Source: an uncultured Gemmatimonadales bacterium
GTDB taxonomy: Bacteria > Gemmatimonadota > Gemmatimonadetes > Gemmatimonadales > GWC2-71-9
Reading direction: 5' to 3'
Assembly (NCBI GenBank): GCA_963828735.1
Contig: CAWHFW010000005.1
Location: 2,272,001 to 2,336,000, forward strand
Length of the DNA stretch: 64,000 bases
Each line of letters starts with the position of its first letter. The stretch's first letter is position 1. Shown piece by piece: positions 47,772 to 59,081 of this stretch. The notes under the pieces are model-generated. The model was not told the DNA's origin. It saw only the letters and a program-made list of their open reading frames with translations, and ran no database searches. The position numbers and the translations under genes were made by a program.

Positions 47772-50491
47772 GCGCCGGCTGCCTCCGAGTCCTGACGGTT
47801 GGGGAAGGGCGCCTCGGTGACGAGCTCGGGTGGCGTGCCGCTGATCGGGAGCGCGAGCTTGAAAATCGCGCCGCCACCGGCACGGTTCTCGGCCCAGATG
47901 CGCCCGCCGTGGGCGGTGACGATGCCACGGCAAATGGTGAGGCCGAGGCCGATGCCACCCGCGCCACCGCCGCCGCGATGGAACTTGCGGAAGATCAGCT
48001 CTTCCTCGCCAGGCGGCAGCCCCGGCCCCCGATCGGCCACATACGCGACCACCCCGCCCGGCTGGCTCGTGGCGCCGACCTCGACCGGCGTGCCGGCCGG
48101 TGTGTGTTTGGCGGCATTCTCGAGCAGGTTGACGAACACCTGCTCCAGCAGGATTTCGTCCATCGGCACCAGCGGAAGGTCCGGCGGAAAGGCCGTCGAT
48201 ACCGGATGGCCGTGGAGCTGGTCCTCGGTGCGGAGCAGGGCCACGCCCGCCACATCGGACAGCAGCTGCCATTCCTTCTGCACCTGCAGCGCGCCCGCCT
48301 CCACCCGGATCATGTCGAGCAGGTTGGCGACGAGACGTCCCATCCGATGCGATTCCTGTACGATCGTGGCCGCGAGGTCCCGTCGCGCGGCGGGGGCAGG
48401 CTCGGTGTCCTGGAGGAGCGTGCTCGCCGCCCCTTCGATCGACGCGAGCGGCGTGCGCATGTCGTGAGAGAGCGAGCTCAGCAAAGCCGTGCGTAACCGC
48501 TCGGCCTCGACCTCGACCTCGGACTCCCGGCTCCGTTCCGCCAGCGCAAGCCGCTCGAGCGCCGCCGCCGTCTGGCCGGCGAGGGATTCGAGCAGGCGGC
48601 GACGCGCCGGGTCGCGGAATTCCGCCGGCTCGGCCAAGGGGAGCCCGAGGACCCCGACGGCGTTGCCCGACGACTCGAGGGGCAGGTACAGGGCACCAGC
48701 TCCGGGCAACGTGGTCGTCCCCCGGCCGGCCGCCCGGGCGTGATCGAAGCTCCACTGCGCCACGGCCCGCTCCCGATCGTCCAGTGGGTACGGCGCCGAA
48801 CCGACGACGGCCACTCCCCCGGCCTCGTCGGGGAGGAGCACGGCAGCGTCGATCGCGAACGTGTCCCGCAGACTCTTCAGGGCCGCGGCGAGCACCACGT
48901 CCCGGTCCCGCGCCGCGGCCAGCTCGCGGCTCAGCCCATAGAGCGCGGAGGTGCGCTGCTCCCGCTCGCGGGCCGCCTCCGCCTGGCTCCGGATCCGGCC
49001 CGTGAGGTTCCCGAGCACGAGGGCCACGACCAGCATCACGCCGAAGGTGAGCACGTAGCGGACGTCCGCCACCGAGAAGGTGTAAAACGGGTGGACGAAG
49101 AAGAAGTCGAACGACGCGATGCCCACCAGCGATGCCACCACCGCCGGCCCGCGTCGGAACCGGGCCGAGGCCACCACCACTGCCAGCAGATAGAGCATGG
49201 CCGCGTCGATCGGCAGCACCGGGAGGCCGACCCGGCGGACGACTAGGCCAAGCAGCGTGGGTACCACCGCGATGGCGGCGGCCTTTACATAGTCGCTCAA
49301 GGCGGAGCCGCGGGAGGGCGCTGGTGGCGCGGGTCGGGGGCTCTCGTCATCGTCGACGCCGGTGATGGCGAGCACCTCGATCCCGCCGCTGCCCCGGACG
49401 AGCGCGTCCAACAGCGAGCCCTGGAGCACGTCGCGCCAGCGCGCGCGGCGGGTCTTCCCCAGGATGATGCGGGTGACGTTGTGGTTCCGCGCGTACACGA
49501 GAATCTCCTCGGCGCTGCTCTGCCCGCTCAGCGTGACTGGCCGGCCACCGAGCTGTTCGGCGAGCTCCATGGCTCGGAGAATGTTCTCGCGCTCTTCGGC
49601 GCTGAGACGCTGGTCGCGCGGGGTCTCGACGTGCACGGCGAACCACTCCGCGTGGACTCGGGCGGCCATCCGCCGCGCGGCCCGAACCAGCCGTGCCGCG
49701 CTGACGCTGGGCCCGACGCACACCACCAGCCGCTCGCCCGTGGCCCAGGTCTCCCGGATTCCCTGCTCGGCCATGTAGCCGCGCATCTGGGCATCCACCC
49801 GCTCGGCGGTACGCCGGAGCGCCAGCTCCCGCAGCGCGATCAGGTTCCCTTTGCGGAAGAACCGCTCGATCGCACGGCCCGCCTGCTCGGGCACGTACAC
49901 CTTGCCCTCCCGCAGGCGCTGCTGGAGGACATCGGGCGTCACGTCCACGAGCTCGACTTCGTCGGCGCGCTCGAGCACGGAATCCGGTACGGTCTCCCGC
50001 ACCGTCACGCCGGTGATCTGGGCGACGACGTCGTTGAGGCTCTCGAAGTGCTGGATGTTGACCGTGGTGTAGATGTTGATGCCGGCGCCGAGCAGCTCCT
50101 CGACATCCTGCCAGCGTTTGGCGTGACGCGATCCGGGCGCGTTCGTGTGGGCGAGCTCGTCCACCAGCAGAAGGGCAGGGTGCCGGGTGAGCGCGGCGTC
50201 GAGATCGAACTCCTCGAGCCGCACGCCCCGATAGTCGATGGCGCGGCGAGGAAGCAGCTCGAGGCCCTCGAGCAGCCGCTGCGTCTCCGCCCGGCCATGC
50301 GTCTCGACGACGCCGACCACGACGTCGAGCGCCTCCGCCCGCTTGGCCCGCGCGGTCTCCAACATGGTGAAGGTCTTCCCGACGCCGGGCGAGGCACCGA
50401 GGAAGACCTTCAGTTGCCCCCGCCGCTCGCGCGCCTCTTCGGCGCGAACTCGCTGCAGCAGCGCGTCGGGGTCGGGTCGCTTGGGAGTCAC
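47741..50491 (-). CDS. kdpD: Sensor kinase KdpD
   Basis: GASPGVGKT, DELAHTN, Usp domain, 4 TM, GAF, SHDMRTPL, HATPase. Confidence 0.96.
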   Translation of the reverse strand: MTPKRPDPDALLQRVRAEEARERRGQLKVFLGASPGVGKTFTMLETARAKRAEALDVVVGVVETHGRAETQRLLEGLELLPRRAIDYRGVRLEEFDLDAALTRHPALLLVDELAHTNAPGSRHAKRWQDVEELLGAGINIYTTVNIQHFESLNDVVAQITGVTVRETVPDSVLERADEVELVDVTPDVLQQRLREGKVYVPEQAGRAIERFFRKGNLIALRELALRRTAERVDAQMRGYMAEQGIRETWATGERLVVCVGPSVSAARLVRAARRMAARVHAEWFAVHVETPRDQRLSAEERENILRAMELAEQLGGRPVTLSGQSSAEEILVYARNHNVTRIILGKTRRARWRDVLQGSLLDALVRGSGGIEVLAITGVDDDESPRPAPPAPSRGSALSDYVKAAAIAVVPTLLGLVVRRVGLPVLPIDAAMLYLLAVVVASARFRRGPAVVASLVGIASFDFFFVHPFYTFSVADVRYVLTFGVMLVVALVLGNLTGRIRSQAEAAREREQRTSALYGLSRELAAARDRDVVLAAALKSLRDTFAIDAAVLLPDEAGGVAVVGSAPYPLDDRERAVAQWSFDHARAAGRGTTTLPGAGALYLPLESSGNAVGVLGLPLAEPAEFRDPARRRLLESLAGQTAAALERLALAERSRESEVEVEAERLRTALLSSLSHDMRTPLASIEGAASTLLQDTEPAPAARRDLAATIVQESHRMGRLVANLLDMIRVEAGALQVQKEWQLLSDVAGVALLRTEDQLHGHPVSTAFPPDLPLVPMDEILLEQVFVNLLENAAKHTPAGTPVEVGATSQPGGVVAYVADRGPGLPPGEEELIFRKFHRGGGGAGGIGLGLTICRGIVTAHGGRIWAENRAGGGAIFKLALPISGTPPELVTEAPFPNRQDSEAAGAWTVPPPSSS

Positions 50492-50540
50492 GGCTGGTTG
50501 GCCATAGACGATGGATAATACCAGGGACGAGTGCCGCGAG

Positions 50541-52622
50541 TCAGACGAGGCCGAGGGCGTTGAGCACGATGTCGATCAGCTTGATGCCCACGAAGGGCGC
50601 GAGCAGGCCACCCACGCCGTAGACCAGGAGATTACGCCGGAGAATCACAGCCGCCGGCGCGGGCCTGTAGGCCACGCCGCGCAGCGCCAGCGGGATGAGC
50701 GCGACGATGATGAGCGCGTTAAACATCACGCTGCTCAGGATGGCCGAATGAGGCGACGCGAGGTGCATGATGTTGAGCACGCGCAGATCCGGGTAGGCCG
50801 CGACGAACATCGCCGGGATGATGGCGAAGTATTTCGCGACGTCGTTGGCGATGGAAAAGGTGGTGAGTGAGCCGCGGGTCATCAACAGCTGTTTGCCGAC
50901 TTCGACGATCTCGAGCAGCTTGGTCGGATTGGAATCGAGATCCACCATGTTCCCGGCCTCGCGGGCGGCTCGGGCGCCCGTGTTCATCGCCACGCCGACG
51001 TCCGCCTGGGCCAGCGCGGGGGCGTCGTTGGTCCCGTCGCCTGTCATCGCGACCAGCCGCCCGGTGTCCTGTTCTGTCCGAATGAGGGCAAGCTTGCCCT
51101 CGGGTGTGGCCTCGGCAAGGAAGTCATCCAGGCCGGCCTCGGCGGCGATCGCGGCGGCAGTCAGCGCGTTGTCGCCGGTGATCATGACCGTGCGGATGCC
51201 GAGGCTCCGGAGTTGCTCGAACCGCTCCCGGATGCCGCCCTTCACCAGGTCCTTGAGGTGAATGGCGCCGTAGACTTTCGCGGTGCCGTCCCTACGCTCG
51301 GCCACGATCAAGGGCGTGCCGCCCTGGCGTGCGATGGCCTCCGCCGCGCTGGCCGTCTCGGCGGGCAGCGACCCGCCCGATGACGCGAGCCAGCGCGACA
51401 CGGCGTCGACGGCGCCCTTTCGAATCTGCACCCCGCCGACGTTGACGCCGCTCATCCTCGTCGCGGCCGTGAAGGGAACGAAGGTGATTGGGGCACCCGC
51501 GCCGGCACCCACGGACGAGGCGCGCAACCCGAACCGCTCCTTGGCCAGGACCACGATGCTCCGGCCCTCCGGGGTCTCGTCGGGGAGCGAGGCGAGCCGA
51601 GCGCGGTCGGCTAGCTCCTCGACCGCCACTCCGGCGGAGGGCAGGAATTCGACGGCCTGACGGTTTCCCAGCGTGATTGTTCCGGTCTTGTCGAGCAGCA
51701 GGGTGTTCACGTCGCCTGCCGCCTCGACGGCGCGACCGCTCATCGCGATGACGTTGCGCTGGATCAGCCGGTCCATCCCCGCGATGCCGATGGCCGAGAG
51801 CAGCCCGCCGATGGTGGTCGGGATCAGGCAGACGAGCAGCGCGATCAGGACCGGCACGCGGAGCTCGACGCTGCTATACGCGGCGAACGGTCGAAGCATG
51901 GTGACGGTCCACAGAAATACGATGGTGAGTCCCGAGAGCAGGGTCGTGAGGGCGACCTCGTTGGGGGTCCTGCGTCGGTTGGCGCCCTCGACCAGGGCGA
52001 TCATCCGGTCGACGAACGTCTCGCCCGGGTTGGCCGTCACCCGCACGACGAGCCAGTCGGAGACCAGGCGGGTGCCGCCGGTGACGGCCGAACGATCAGC
52101 GCCGGCCTCGCGGATCACCGGCGCGGACTCCCCCGTGATTGCGGCCTCGTCCACCGACGCGATGCCCTCGATCACCTCGCCGTCCGCCGGCATCAGGTCG
52201 CCCGACTTCACGATGACGTGGTCGCCTCGCCGCAGCTCGGTCGCGAACACCGACACGAAGTCCAGGTGGTCGGTGGGATCCCGCAGCCGCTTTGCGCGAG
52301 TCTCGAGCCGGGTGCCGCGCAGCGCGTCGGCCTGCGCCTTGCCTCGACCTTCGGCCATCGCCTCCGCGAAATTGGCGAACAAGACGGTGAACCAGAGCCA
52401 GACAGCGAGCTGCACGGTGAAGCCGACACCCGGGATGCCAAGGATCAGGTCCCGAACGCAGGCCAGCGTGGTGAGAACGCTGCCCGTGAGCACCACGAAC
52501 ATGACCGGATTCCGCAGCATGTGCCGCGGGTTCAGCTTGCAGAACGCCTCCCGAACCGCCCGACGAACGATCGGGGGATGGAAGAGGGGGTGCCTCGCGG
52601 GACCCAAGGAGCGCTCCGCCAC
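50541..52622 (-). CDS. kdpB: K+-transporting ATPase subunit B, second copy
   Basis: TGES, LIPTT, DKTGT, KGA, TGDN, GDGTND, NDVAKY. Confidence 0.95.
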   Translation of the reverse strand: MAERSLGPARHPLFHPPIVRRAVREAFCKLNPRHMLRNPVMFVVLTGSVLTTLACVRDLILGIPGVGFTVQLAVWLWFTVLFANFAEAMAEGRGKAQADALRGTRLETRAKRLRDPTDHLDFVSVFATELRRGDHVIVKSGDLMPADGEVIEGIASVDEAAITGESAPVIREAGADRSAVTGGTRLVSDWLVVRVTANPGETFVDRMIALVEGANRRRTPNEVALTTLLSGLTIVFLWTVTMLRPFAAYSSVELRVPVLIALLVCLIPTTIGGLLSAIGIAGMDRLIQRNVIAMSGRAVEAAGDVNTLLLDKTGTITLGNRQAVEFLPSAGVAVEELADRARLASLPDETPEGRSIVVLAKERFGLRASSVGAGAGAPITFVPFTAATRMSGVNVGGVQIRKGAVDAVSRWLASSGGSLPAETASAAEAIARQGGTPLIVAERRDGTAKVYGAIHLKDLVKGGIRERFEQLRSLGIRTVMITGDNALTAAAIAAEAGLDDFLAEATPEGKLALIRTEQDTGRLVAMTGDGTNDAPALAQADVGVAMNTGARAAREAGNMVDLDSNPTKLLEIVEVGKQLLMTRGSLTTFSIANDVAKYFAIIPAMFVAAYPDLRVLNIMHLASPHSAILSSVMFNALIIVALIPLALRGVAYRPAPAAVILRRNLLVYGVGGLLAPFVGIKLIDIVLNALGLV

Positions 52623-52633
52623 GCCGGCCGCGG

Positions 52634-53221
52634 CTAGGGCCGCCGCGGGAAGGCGCTGTCGAGCGCGAGGTTGAGCTCGAGCACGTTGACCGCAGGGTCA
52701 CCCAACACCCCGAACTGGCGGCCTTCGGTGTGGCGCTCGACCAGTGCGCGAATGGCGGTGGAGTCGGCGCCGCGCTCACGGGCGACTCGGCCCACCTGCA
52801 GGAGGGCATTGGCGGGGGAGATGTGCGGATCCAACCCCGACGCGGACGCGGTCACCATGTCCGACGGGATGTGTCCCTTCCGGGCGCCGTCTTCCCCCAC
52901 CACCGTCTCCACTGCCTGCGCGATGAGCGTGTCGGCCAGCTTCCGGTCCGTCGGGCCCTTGTTCGTGCCTCCGGATGCCGTGGCGTCGAACCCCGCGCCG
53001 GCGGCCGACGGGCGCGGATGGAAGTAATACGGCGCCGTGAATGCCTGCCCGATCAGCCGGCTGCCGACGAGCTGCCCGTCGCGCACGATGAGGGAGCCGT
53101 TGGCCTGGCTCGGAAAGAGCAGCTGGGCAAAGACCGTCACCACGCCCGGGTACAGCAACCCCGTGATGGCGCAGAGCAGCAGCGTGAGCACGACGGCCGG
53201 GCGGAGATGTTCTCGGAACAT
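52634..53221 (-). CDS. kdpC: K+-transporting ATPase subunit C
   Basis: [41 protein letters not shown]. Confidence 0.95.
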   Translation of the reverse strand: MFREHLRPAVVLTLLLCAITGLLYPGVVTVFAQLLFPSQANGSLIVRDGQLVGSRLIGQAFTAPYYFHPRPSAAGAGFDATASGGTNKGPTDRKLADTLIAQAVETVVGEDGARKGHIPSDMVTASASGLDPHISPANALLQVGRVARERGADSTAIRALVERHTEGRQFGVLGDPAVNVLELNLALDSAFPRRP

Positions 53222-53223
53222 GG

Positions 53224-55296
53224 TCACACCAGGTGCAGGGAGACGAGGAGGACATCGATGGCTTTGATCCCGATGAAGGGAACAATCACGCCACCGATCC
53301 CGTAGATCACGAAATTCCGCCGGAGGATGCTGGCCGCGCCCGACGGGCGATACCGTACTCCTCGGAGCGCCAGCGGGATCAGCGCGATGATGATGAGCGC
53401 GTTGAACACGACCGCGCTCAGGATCGCCGAGACGGGCGAGTGGAGCCGCATGATGTTGAGGGCGTTGAGTGCCGGATAGGTGGCGGCGAACATCGCCGGG
53501 ATGATGGCGAAGTACTTGGCGACGTCGTTGGCGATCGAGAACGTCGTGAGCGAGCCGCGAGTAATGAGCAGCTGCTTCCCAATCTCCACCAGCTCGATGA
53601 GCTTGGTCGGGTTTGAGTCGAGGTCGATGAGGTTGCCGGCCTCCTTCGCCGCCTGGGTTCCGGTGTTCATGGCCAGGCCGACGTCGGCCTGCGCGAGGGC
53701 CGGGGCGTCGTTGGTGCCGTCGCCGGTCATCGCGACCAGCCGGCCTCCGGCCTGCTCCTGCCGGATCAGCGCCAACTTGTCCTCGGGCCTGGCCTCCGCC
53801 AGGAAGTCGTCCACACCCGCTTCGGCCGCGATCGCCGCGGCGGTGAGCGGGTTGTCGCCGGTGATCATCACGGTGCGGATGCCCATCGCGCGCAGCCGGT
53901 CGAACCGTTCCCTCATCCCGCCTTTGACGATGTCCTTGAGGTGCACGACGCCAAGCACCCGCGTGGCCCCTCCCGCCGTCTCCGCGACGACGAGCGGCGT
54001 GCCGCCGGCCCGGGCGATCTGCTCCACCGCCGGGGTGAGGCGCGCTGGCACGTCCGCCCCCATCTGGCCCACCCAGCCGGCGATCGCGTCGGCCGCGCCC
54101 TTGCGCACCTGAAGGCCGTCCGTGTTCACCCCGCTCATGCGGGTGGCCGCCGAGAAAGGAATGAAGGTGGGCGACGCGTGCGACCCGCCGTCCTCGCTCA
54201 GGGGCCGGCCGCGAAGCCCGTACTTGTCCTTGGCGAGAACAACGATGCTGCGTCCTTCGGGGGTCTCGTCCGGCAGCGAAGCCAGCTGGGCCCGGTCGGC
54301 CAACTCCTCCGCGGAGATTCCGGGCAGCGGCACGAACTCGACTGCCTGGCGGTTGCCCAGGGTGATGGTGCCGGTCTTGTCGAGCAGCAAGGTGTTGACG
54401 TCGCCCGCCGCCTCGACGGCGCGTCCGCTCATCGCGACGATGTTGTGCTGGATGACGCGGTCCATGCCCGCGATGCCGATGGCCGAGAGGAGCCCGCCGA
54501 TGGTGGTCGGGATGAGGCACACCAGCAGCGCGATGAGAATGGACACGGCGACGCCGCCGCCACTGTAGATCGCGAGCGGCTGCAGGGTGGCAATGGCCAG
54601 CAGGAAGACGATCGTGAGTCCGGAGAGGAGGATCGTCAGCGCGATCTCGTTCGGCGTCTTCTGGCGCGAGGCACCTTCGACCAGAGCGATCATGCGGTCG
54701 AGGAACGTCCGGCCGGGCTCCGCGGTGATCTTCACGATGAGCTGGTCGGACAGCACCTTGGTGCCGCCGGTGACGGCCGACCGGTCGCCGCCGGACTCGC
54801 GGATCACCGGGGCTGACTCGCCGGTGACGGCCGACTCGTCCACCGAGGCGACCCCGTCGATGACCTCGCCGTCACCGGGGATGACGTCGCCGGGCCGGCA
54901 CAACACCAGGTCTCCCATCCGCAGGTCGCTCGAGGACACGCTCTCGACCCGCGACGTGTCCCGTGGGTCCCTGAGCCGCTTGGCCACCGTAAGCCGCCGC
55001 GTCTTGCGCAGCTCGTCGGCCTGCGCCTTCCCGCGCCCCTCCGCCATCGCCTCGGCGAAGTTGGCGAACAGGACCGTGAACCAGAGCCAGAGCGCGAGCT
55101 GGAAGAGGAAGCCGAGCTCCGAGCCGCCCCTGGCAACCTCGCGGATCAGCGCGAAGGTCGTGAACACGCTGCCGACGAGCACGACGAACATGACCGGGTT
55201 CCGGACCATGTGCGCCGGCGCGAGCTTCACAAAGGCGTCCTTCGCCGCCCGCCGGACGATGGGTGGATCGAAGAGCGGTCGCTTGGTGACGGCCAT
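53224..55296 (-). CDS. kdpB: K+-transporting ATPase subunit B, first copy
   Basis: TGES, DKTGT, TGDN, GDGTND, NDVAKY. Confidence 0.96.
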   Translation of the reverse strand: MAVTKRPLFDPPIVRRAAKDAFVKLAPAHMVRNPVMFVVLVGSVFTTFALIREVARGGSELGFLFQLALWLWFTVLFANFAEAMAEGRGKAQADELRKTRRLTVAKRLRDPRDTSRVESVSSSDLRMGDLVLCRPGDVIPGDGEVIDGVASVDESAVTGESAPVIRESGGDRSAVTGGTKVLSDQLIVKITAEPGRTFLDRMIALVEGASRQKTPNEIALTILLSGLTIVFLLAIATLQPLAIYSGGGVAVSILIALLVCLIPTTIGGLLSAIGIAGMDRVIQHNIVAMSGRAVEAAGDVNTLLLDKTGTITLGNRQAVEFVPLPGISAEELADRAQLASLPDETPEGRSIVVLAKDKYGLRGRPLSEDGGSHASPTFIPFSAATRMSGVNTDGLQVRKGAADAIAGWVGQMGADVPARLTPAVEQIARAGGTPLVVAETAGGATRVLGVVHLKDIVKGGMRERFDRLRAMGIRTVMITGDNPLTAAAIAAEAGVDDFLAEARPEDKLALIRQEQAGGRLVAMTGDGTNDAPALAQADVGLAMNTGTQAAKEAGNLIDLDSNPTKLIELVEIGKQLLITRGSLTTFSIANDVAKYFAIIPAMFAATYPALNALNIMRLHSPVSAILSAVVFNALIIIALIPLALRGVRYRPSGAASILRRNFVIYGIGGVIVPFIGIKAIDVLLVSLHLV

Positions 55297-55297
55297 G

Positions 55298-57013
55298 CTA
55301 GAAGAGCCTCCCGCTCTGCATCAGCAGGTGCTCGACGATGGGGCCCAGCGACCAGGCCGGGAAGAACGTGAGAGCGCCCACGATCACGATGACGCTGATG
55401 AGGAGGACCACGAAGAGCGGCGTCGTGACCGGAAATGTGCCGGCCGACTCGGGAGCGATGCGCTTCTCGGCGAGGAACCCCGCCGCGGCCAGCATCGGCA
55501 CCTGCATCGCGAAGCGCCCGATCAGCGTCGCGAACCCGAACATGGTGTTGTAGTAGTAGGTGCTTCCGGTGAGGCCGGCGAAGGCGCTGCCGTTGTTGGC
55601 CGGCGTCGAAGTGAACGCGTAGAGGATCTCGGTGAGCCCATGCGGCCCGGCATTGTTGAGGCCTTTGAGGCCCGCGGGGAGGACGACCGAGAGGCCGGTG
55701 GCCACCAGAATCACCAGGGGGAAGACCAGCACGTAGAGCATCACCATTCGCACTTCCCGGCTCTCGACCTTCTTGCCGAGATACTCCGGCGTTCGCCCGA
55801 CCATGAGGCCGGCGATGAACACCGTGAGCAGGACCATCATGAGCATGCCGTAGAGGCCGGCGCCCACGCCCCCGAAGATCAGCTCGCCCATCTGCATGTT
55901 GACCAGCGGCACCATGCCGCCGATGGGGGTAAAGGAGTCATGCATGCTGTTGACGCAGCCGCACGACGCGTCGGTGGTGATGGTGGCGTAGAGGGCCGAG
56001 TTCACGATGCCGAACCGGACCTCCTTGCCCTCCATGTTGCCGCCGGGCTGGGTGGCTGAGGCCTCGACGTCGATGCCCCGGGCCGCGTGAATCGGGTTGC
56101 CCCGCGCCTCCGCCCAGTAGGCGGTGGCCGCGCCGACGAAGAACATGACGTACATCGCCGCCCACAGCGCCCAGCCGTGCGCCTGCTTCTTCACCATGTG
56201 GCCGAAGGTCCAGGTGAGCCCGGCCGAGACGAGGAAGATCTCCAGCAGCTGCAGGAAGTTCGTGAGCGGGGTCGGATTCTCGAATCCATGCGCCGAGTTG
56301 GCATTGAAGAAACCGCCGCCGTTGGTGCCGACCTCCTTGATGGATTCCTGGCTCGCGACCGGGCCCATCGCGATGGTCTGCTTGGCGCCCTCCAGCGTGT
56401 GGACGTCTACATACGGCAGGAAGTTCTGGATGGCGCCCTGCTGCACGTGGACCAGGGCGATGACGAACGAGAGCGGGAGGAAGATGTACAAGGTCCCCCG
56501 CACCAGATCGGCCCAGAAGTTCCCCAGGTGGCCCGCGGAGCGCCGCGCAATGCCCCGGGCCAGGGCCACGGCCACCGCCACGCCGGCCGCGGCCGAGATG
56601 AAGTTGTGGAACGCGAGCTGGCTCATCTGGGAGAAGTACGACATCGTCGACTCGCCCGAATACGACTGCCAGTCCGTGTTGGTGGTGAACGACGCCGCCG
56701 TCTCGAAGGCCTGGCGGTCCACCACCGCCGGGAAGTGCTGGGGGTTGAACGGCAGGACGTGCTGGAGGCGCAGTACGACGTAGGTGAGCAGCATGGACGC
56801 CGCGCTGAAGATCAGCATCGCGGCCGTGTACTTGGTCCAGTGCTGGTCCTCCTCCGGGTCGATGCCGCCTGCACGGTAGAGGAAGCGCTCGATCGGCCGG
56901 AGCCAGCCCATCGATCCGTCGTACACCTTGACCATGTACACACCCATGGGTTTGGTCAGCGCCAGGAGGACGACCGAGTACAAGGCGATCTGCAGCCAGC
57001 CGTTGGCGGTCAT
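55298..57013 (-). CDS. kdpA: K+-transporting ATPase subunit A
   Basis: [30 protein letters not shown]. Confidence 0.96.
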   Translation of the reverse strand: MTANGWLQIALYSVVLLALTKPMGVYMVKVYDGSMGWLRPIERFLYRAGGIDPEEDQHWTKYTAAMLIFSAASMLLTYVVLRLQHVLPFNPQHFPAVVDRQAFETAASFTTNTDWQSYSGESTMSYFSQMSQLAFHNFISAAAGVAVAVALARGIARRSAGHLGNFWADLVRGTLYIFLPLSFVIALVHVQQGAIQNFLPYVDVHTLEGAKQTIAMGPVASQESIKEVGTNGGGFFNANSAHGFENPTPLTNFLQLLEIFLVSAGLTWTFGHMVKKQAHGWALWAAMYVMFFVGAATAYWAEARGNPIHAARGIDVEASATQPGGNMEGKEVRFGIVNSALYATITTDASCGCVNSMHDSFTPIGGMVPLVNMQMGELIFGGVGAGLYGMLMMVLLTVFIAGLMVGRTPEYLGKKVESREVRMVMLYVLVFPLVILVATGLSVVLPAGLKGLNNAGPHGLTEILYAFTSTPANNGSAFAGLTGSTYYYNTMFGFATLIGRFAMQVPMLAAAGFLAEKRIAPESAGTFPVTTPLFVVLLISVIVIVGALTFFPAWSLGPIVEHLLMQSGRLF

Positions 57014-57014
57014 C

Positions 57015-57104
57015 TCAGAACCTCTCCGGATGGAGCATCGTGTAGCACAGGTACACCAGCAGCCCCACCGAGATGAGGCCGCCGATCCAGTTCTCCGCGC
57101 TCAT
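57015..57104 (-). CDS. kdpF: KdpF (29 aa)
   Basis: MSAENWIGGLISVGLLVYLCYTMLHPERF, directly before kdpA. Confidence 0.9.
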   Translation of the reverse strand: MSAENWIGGLISVGLLVYLCYTMLHPERF

Positions 57105-57220
57105 GGGGCCCGTTCCTCCCCATGCTCGGTATCGTGGCCCAAGCCCTCGCACGCCCGGATGTAGGCGAGCATGAGGGCGAAGAAGCCGACGCTGCCAATG
57201 ACATAGAGCACATCCATCAT
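57101..57220 (-). CDS. Small single-TM kdp-associated peptide (39 aa)
   Basis: MMDVLYVIGSVGFFALMLAYIRACEGLGHDTEHGEERAP; GGAGG RBS; ATGA overlap with kdpF. Confidence 0.75.
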   Translation of the reverse strand: MMDVLYVIGSVGFFALMLAYIRACEGLGHDTEHGEERAP

Positions 57221-57277
57221 CGCTCGTTCCTCCACCGTGGTCGGTGTCGTCCGAAAATGTGCCCGGAAGGTATCGGC

Positions 57278-57332
57278 CGCGGCGTCAGGACGGAGTCTTG
57301 ATCGGCGGGCGCGGCGTCAGGAAATCGTAAAG
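57278..57332 (-). promoter_or_regulatory. Candidate KdpE-binding repeats
   Basis: CGCGGCGTCAGGA at 57278 and 57310; minus strand TTTACG-N5-CTGACG half-sites. Confidence 0.5.
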
Positions 57333-57419
57333 ACGGGCCGCTGTCCCGGCGCACCCTACCGTTCGGATCGTGGACGGTCCCATCGCGATAGATTGAAGGT
57401 CCCTTCAGCGGCGAGAGTT

Positions 57420-58398
57420 ATGCGGGCGGTCATCTACAATGGCGCCGGCGGTCCCGAGGTGATCAGCATCGGCGACGTTCCGAAGCCCGAGGTGCGCCCC
57501 GGACACATCCGCGTCCGGGTCCACGCCGCGGGGCTCAACCGCGCCGATCTCATTCAGCGGCGAGGCCAGTATTCGCCGCCGCCGGGCGTCGCCGACCGAC
57601 ATTCCGGGGATGGAGTACGCGGGTGAGGTCGAAGCGGTGCGGGACGCGACCCGCTGGAAGGTTGGGGAACGCGTTATGGGCCTCGTGGGTGGCGGCGCGC
57701 AGGCCGAATTCGTCACGGTGCACCAGGACGAGGCGCTGGCGATCCCGAGCGGCCTCTCCTACGTCGAGGCGGCCGCCATTCCGGAGGTGTTCCTCACCGC
57801 CTACGACGCGCTGGTCACGCGCGGGCGGGTGGCGCCGGGCGACCGGGTCCTGATCCACGCCGTGGGCAGCGGCGTGGGGACGGCCGCCGCGCAGATCGCC
57901 AAGCACCTCGGCGCCACGGTGCTGGGCACGTCGCGCAGCGCGGAGAAGCTGGCGCGTGCGACGGTGTACGGGCTCGACCACGGCATCGACACCTCACGCG
58001 CGTCGTTTCGCGAGGTGGTGGGCGACCCGGTGGACGTGGTGCTCGACGTGCTTGGCGGCCCGGCGTTCGCCGACAACCTGGCGGTGCTGGCGCCGCGCGG
58101 CCGACTGGTCTTGCTCGGCTTCCTCGCGGGCAGCCGCTTCACCGGCGACCTAGGCCCGATCCTCCGGAAGCGCCTCGAGGTGATCGGCACGATGATGCGG
58201 ACACGGGGACACGAGGAGCGGGTGCCGCTGGTGCGGGAGTTCACGGAGCGCATGCTACCGCTGTTCGATCGTCGCGTCGACCACGCGGCGCCGCTGCGGC
58301 CGGTGGTCGAGCGCACGTATCCGATGCCCGAGCTCCCCGAGGCGCACCGAGCGCTCGAGAGCAACGAGACGTTCGGCAAGGTGGTCATGAGCTGGTGA
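57420..58398 (+). CDS. NAD(P)H-quinone oxidoreductase (PIG3/MDR family), frameshift near 57590
   Basis: AAGLNRADLIQRRGQY then shift to PTDIPGMEYAGEV, PEVFLTA, HAVGSGVGTAA, GKVV. Confidence 0.9.
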
Positions 58399-58606
58399 CC
58401 GGGCCTGCCCGGACGCGTGCGGTCCCGGCGCCAATTCTGCCCGATCGGTTCGATTCGTCCGGACAGTTTGGCCCACCTTCCTCAGTCGCACGCTCCCGAG
58501 ACGCTCATCCGTTGCGCGGTCCGATGGTCCGGGACCTGCACGCGTCTCCAGTTGCCGGCGGGTCATGGGTCAGCGCCGGCGCACCTGCTCGAGGAGGCAC
58601 GCCAGG

Positions 58607-59068
58607 ATGGACCGCATTCGTTCGGCATCGTTTGCCGCCCTGTTCACTATCTCCCTGACGTCGCTCGCGAGCGCGCAACGACAGGAGATCGCCGTCGTCT
58701 CTCCTGACAGCGCATTGGACTCGAACATCGTGGCTCGAGATTCGACCCGTGCCGTGCTGGCTGAGGTCGCGGGTCATGTCCAGCTGGACCAGGCGCGGGT
58801 CGACTCACTTCAAGTTGCGCTCGCGACGGCCCGCGCGGCGCCGCCGCCGGACACGGCCACGGTGCGGCGCGCCACGGCCGCACTCAAGGAGGCGAAAGAC
58901 ACGCTGAAGCGCGACTTGAGCCGCTCGAGGCGGGAGCGCGCGCGGCTGGCGGCTATCGAGAAGAGGCTCGGCAAGGAATCGGACCCGGAGAGGGACCGCT
59001 CGACGATCTCCGCGCTTCCATCCACGGCGCCGTCCCGGGAAACGGGCAGAGTGGCTTCGACGCCGTGA
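58607..59068 (+). CDS. Secreted coiled-coil hypothetical protein
   Basis: Signal peptide ending LASA-Q; GAGGAGG RBS. Confidence 0.6.
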   Translation: MDRIRSASFAALFTISLTSLASAQRQEIAVVSPDSALDSNIVARDSTRAVLAEVAGHVQLDQARVDSLQVALATARAAPPPDTATVRRATAALKEAKDTLKRDLSRSRRERARLAAIEKRLGKESDPERDRSTISALPSTAPSRETGRVASTP

Positions 59069-59081
59069 GCCTGGCGCCTGA

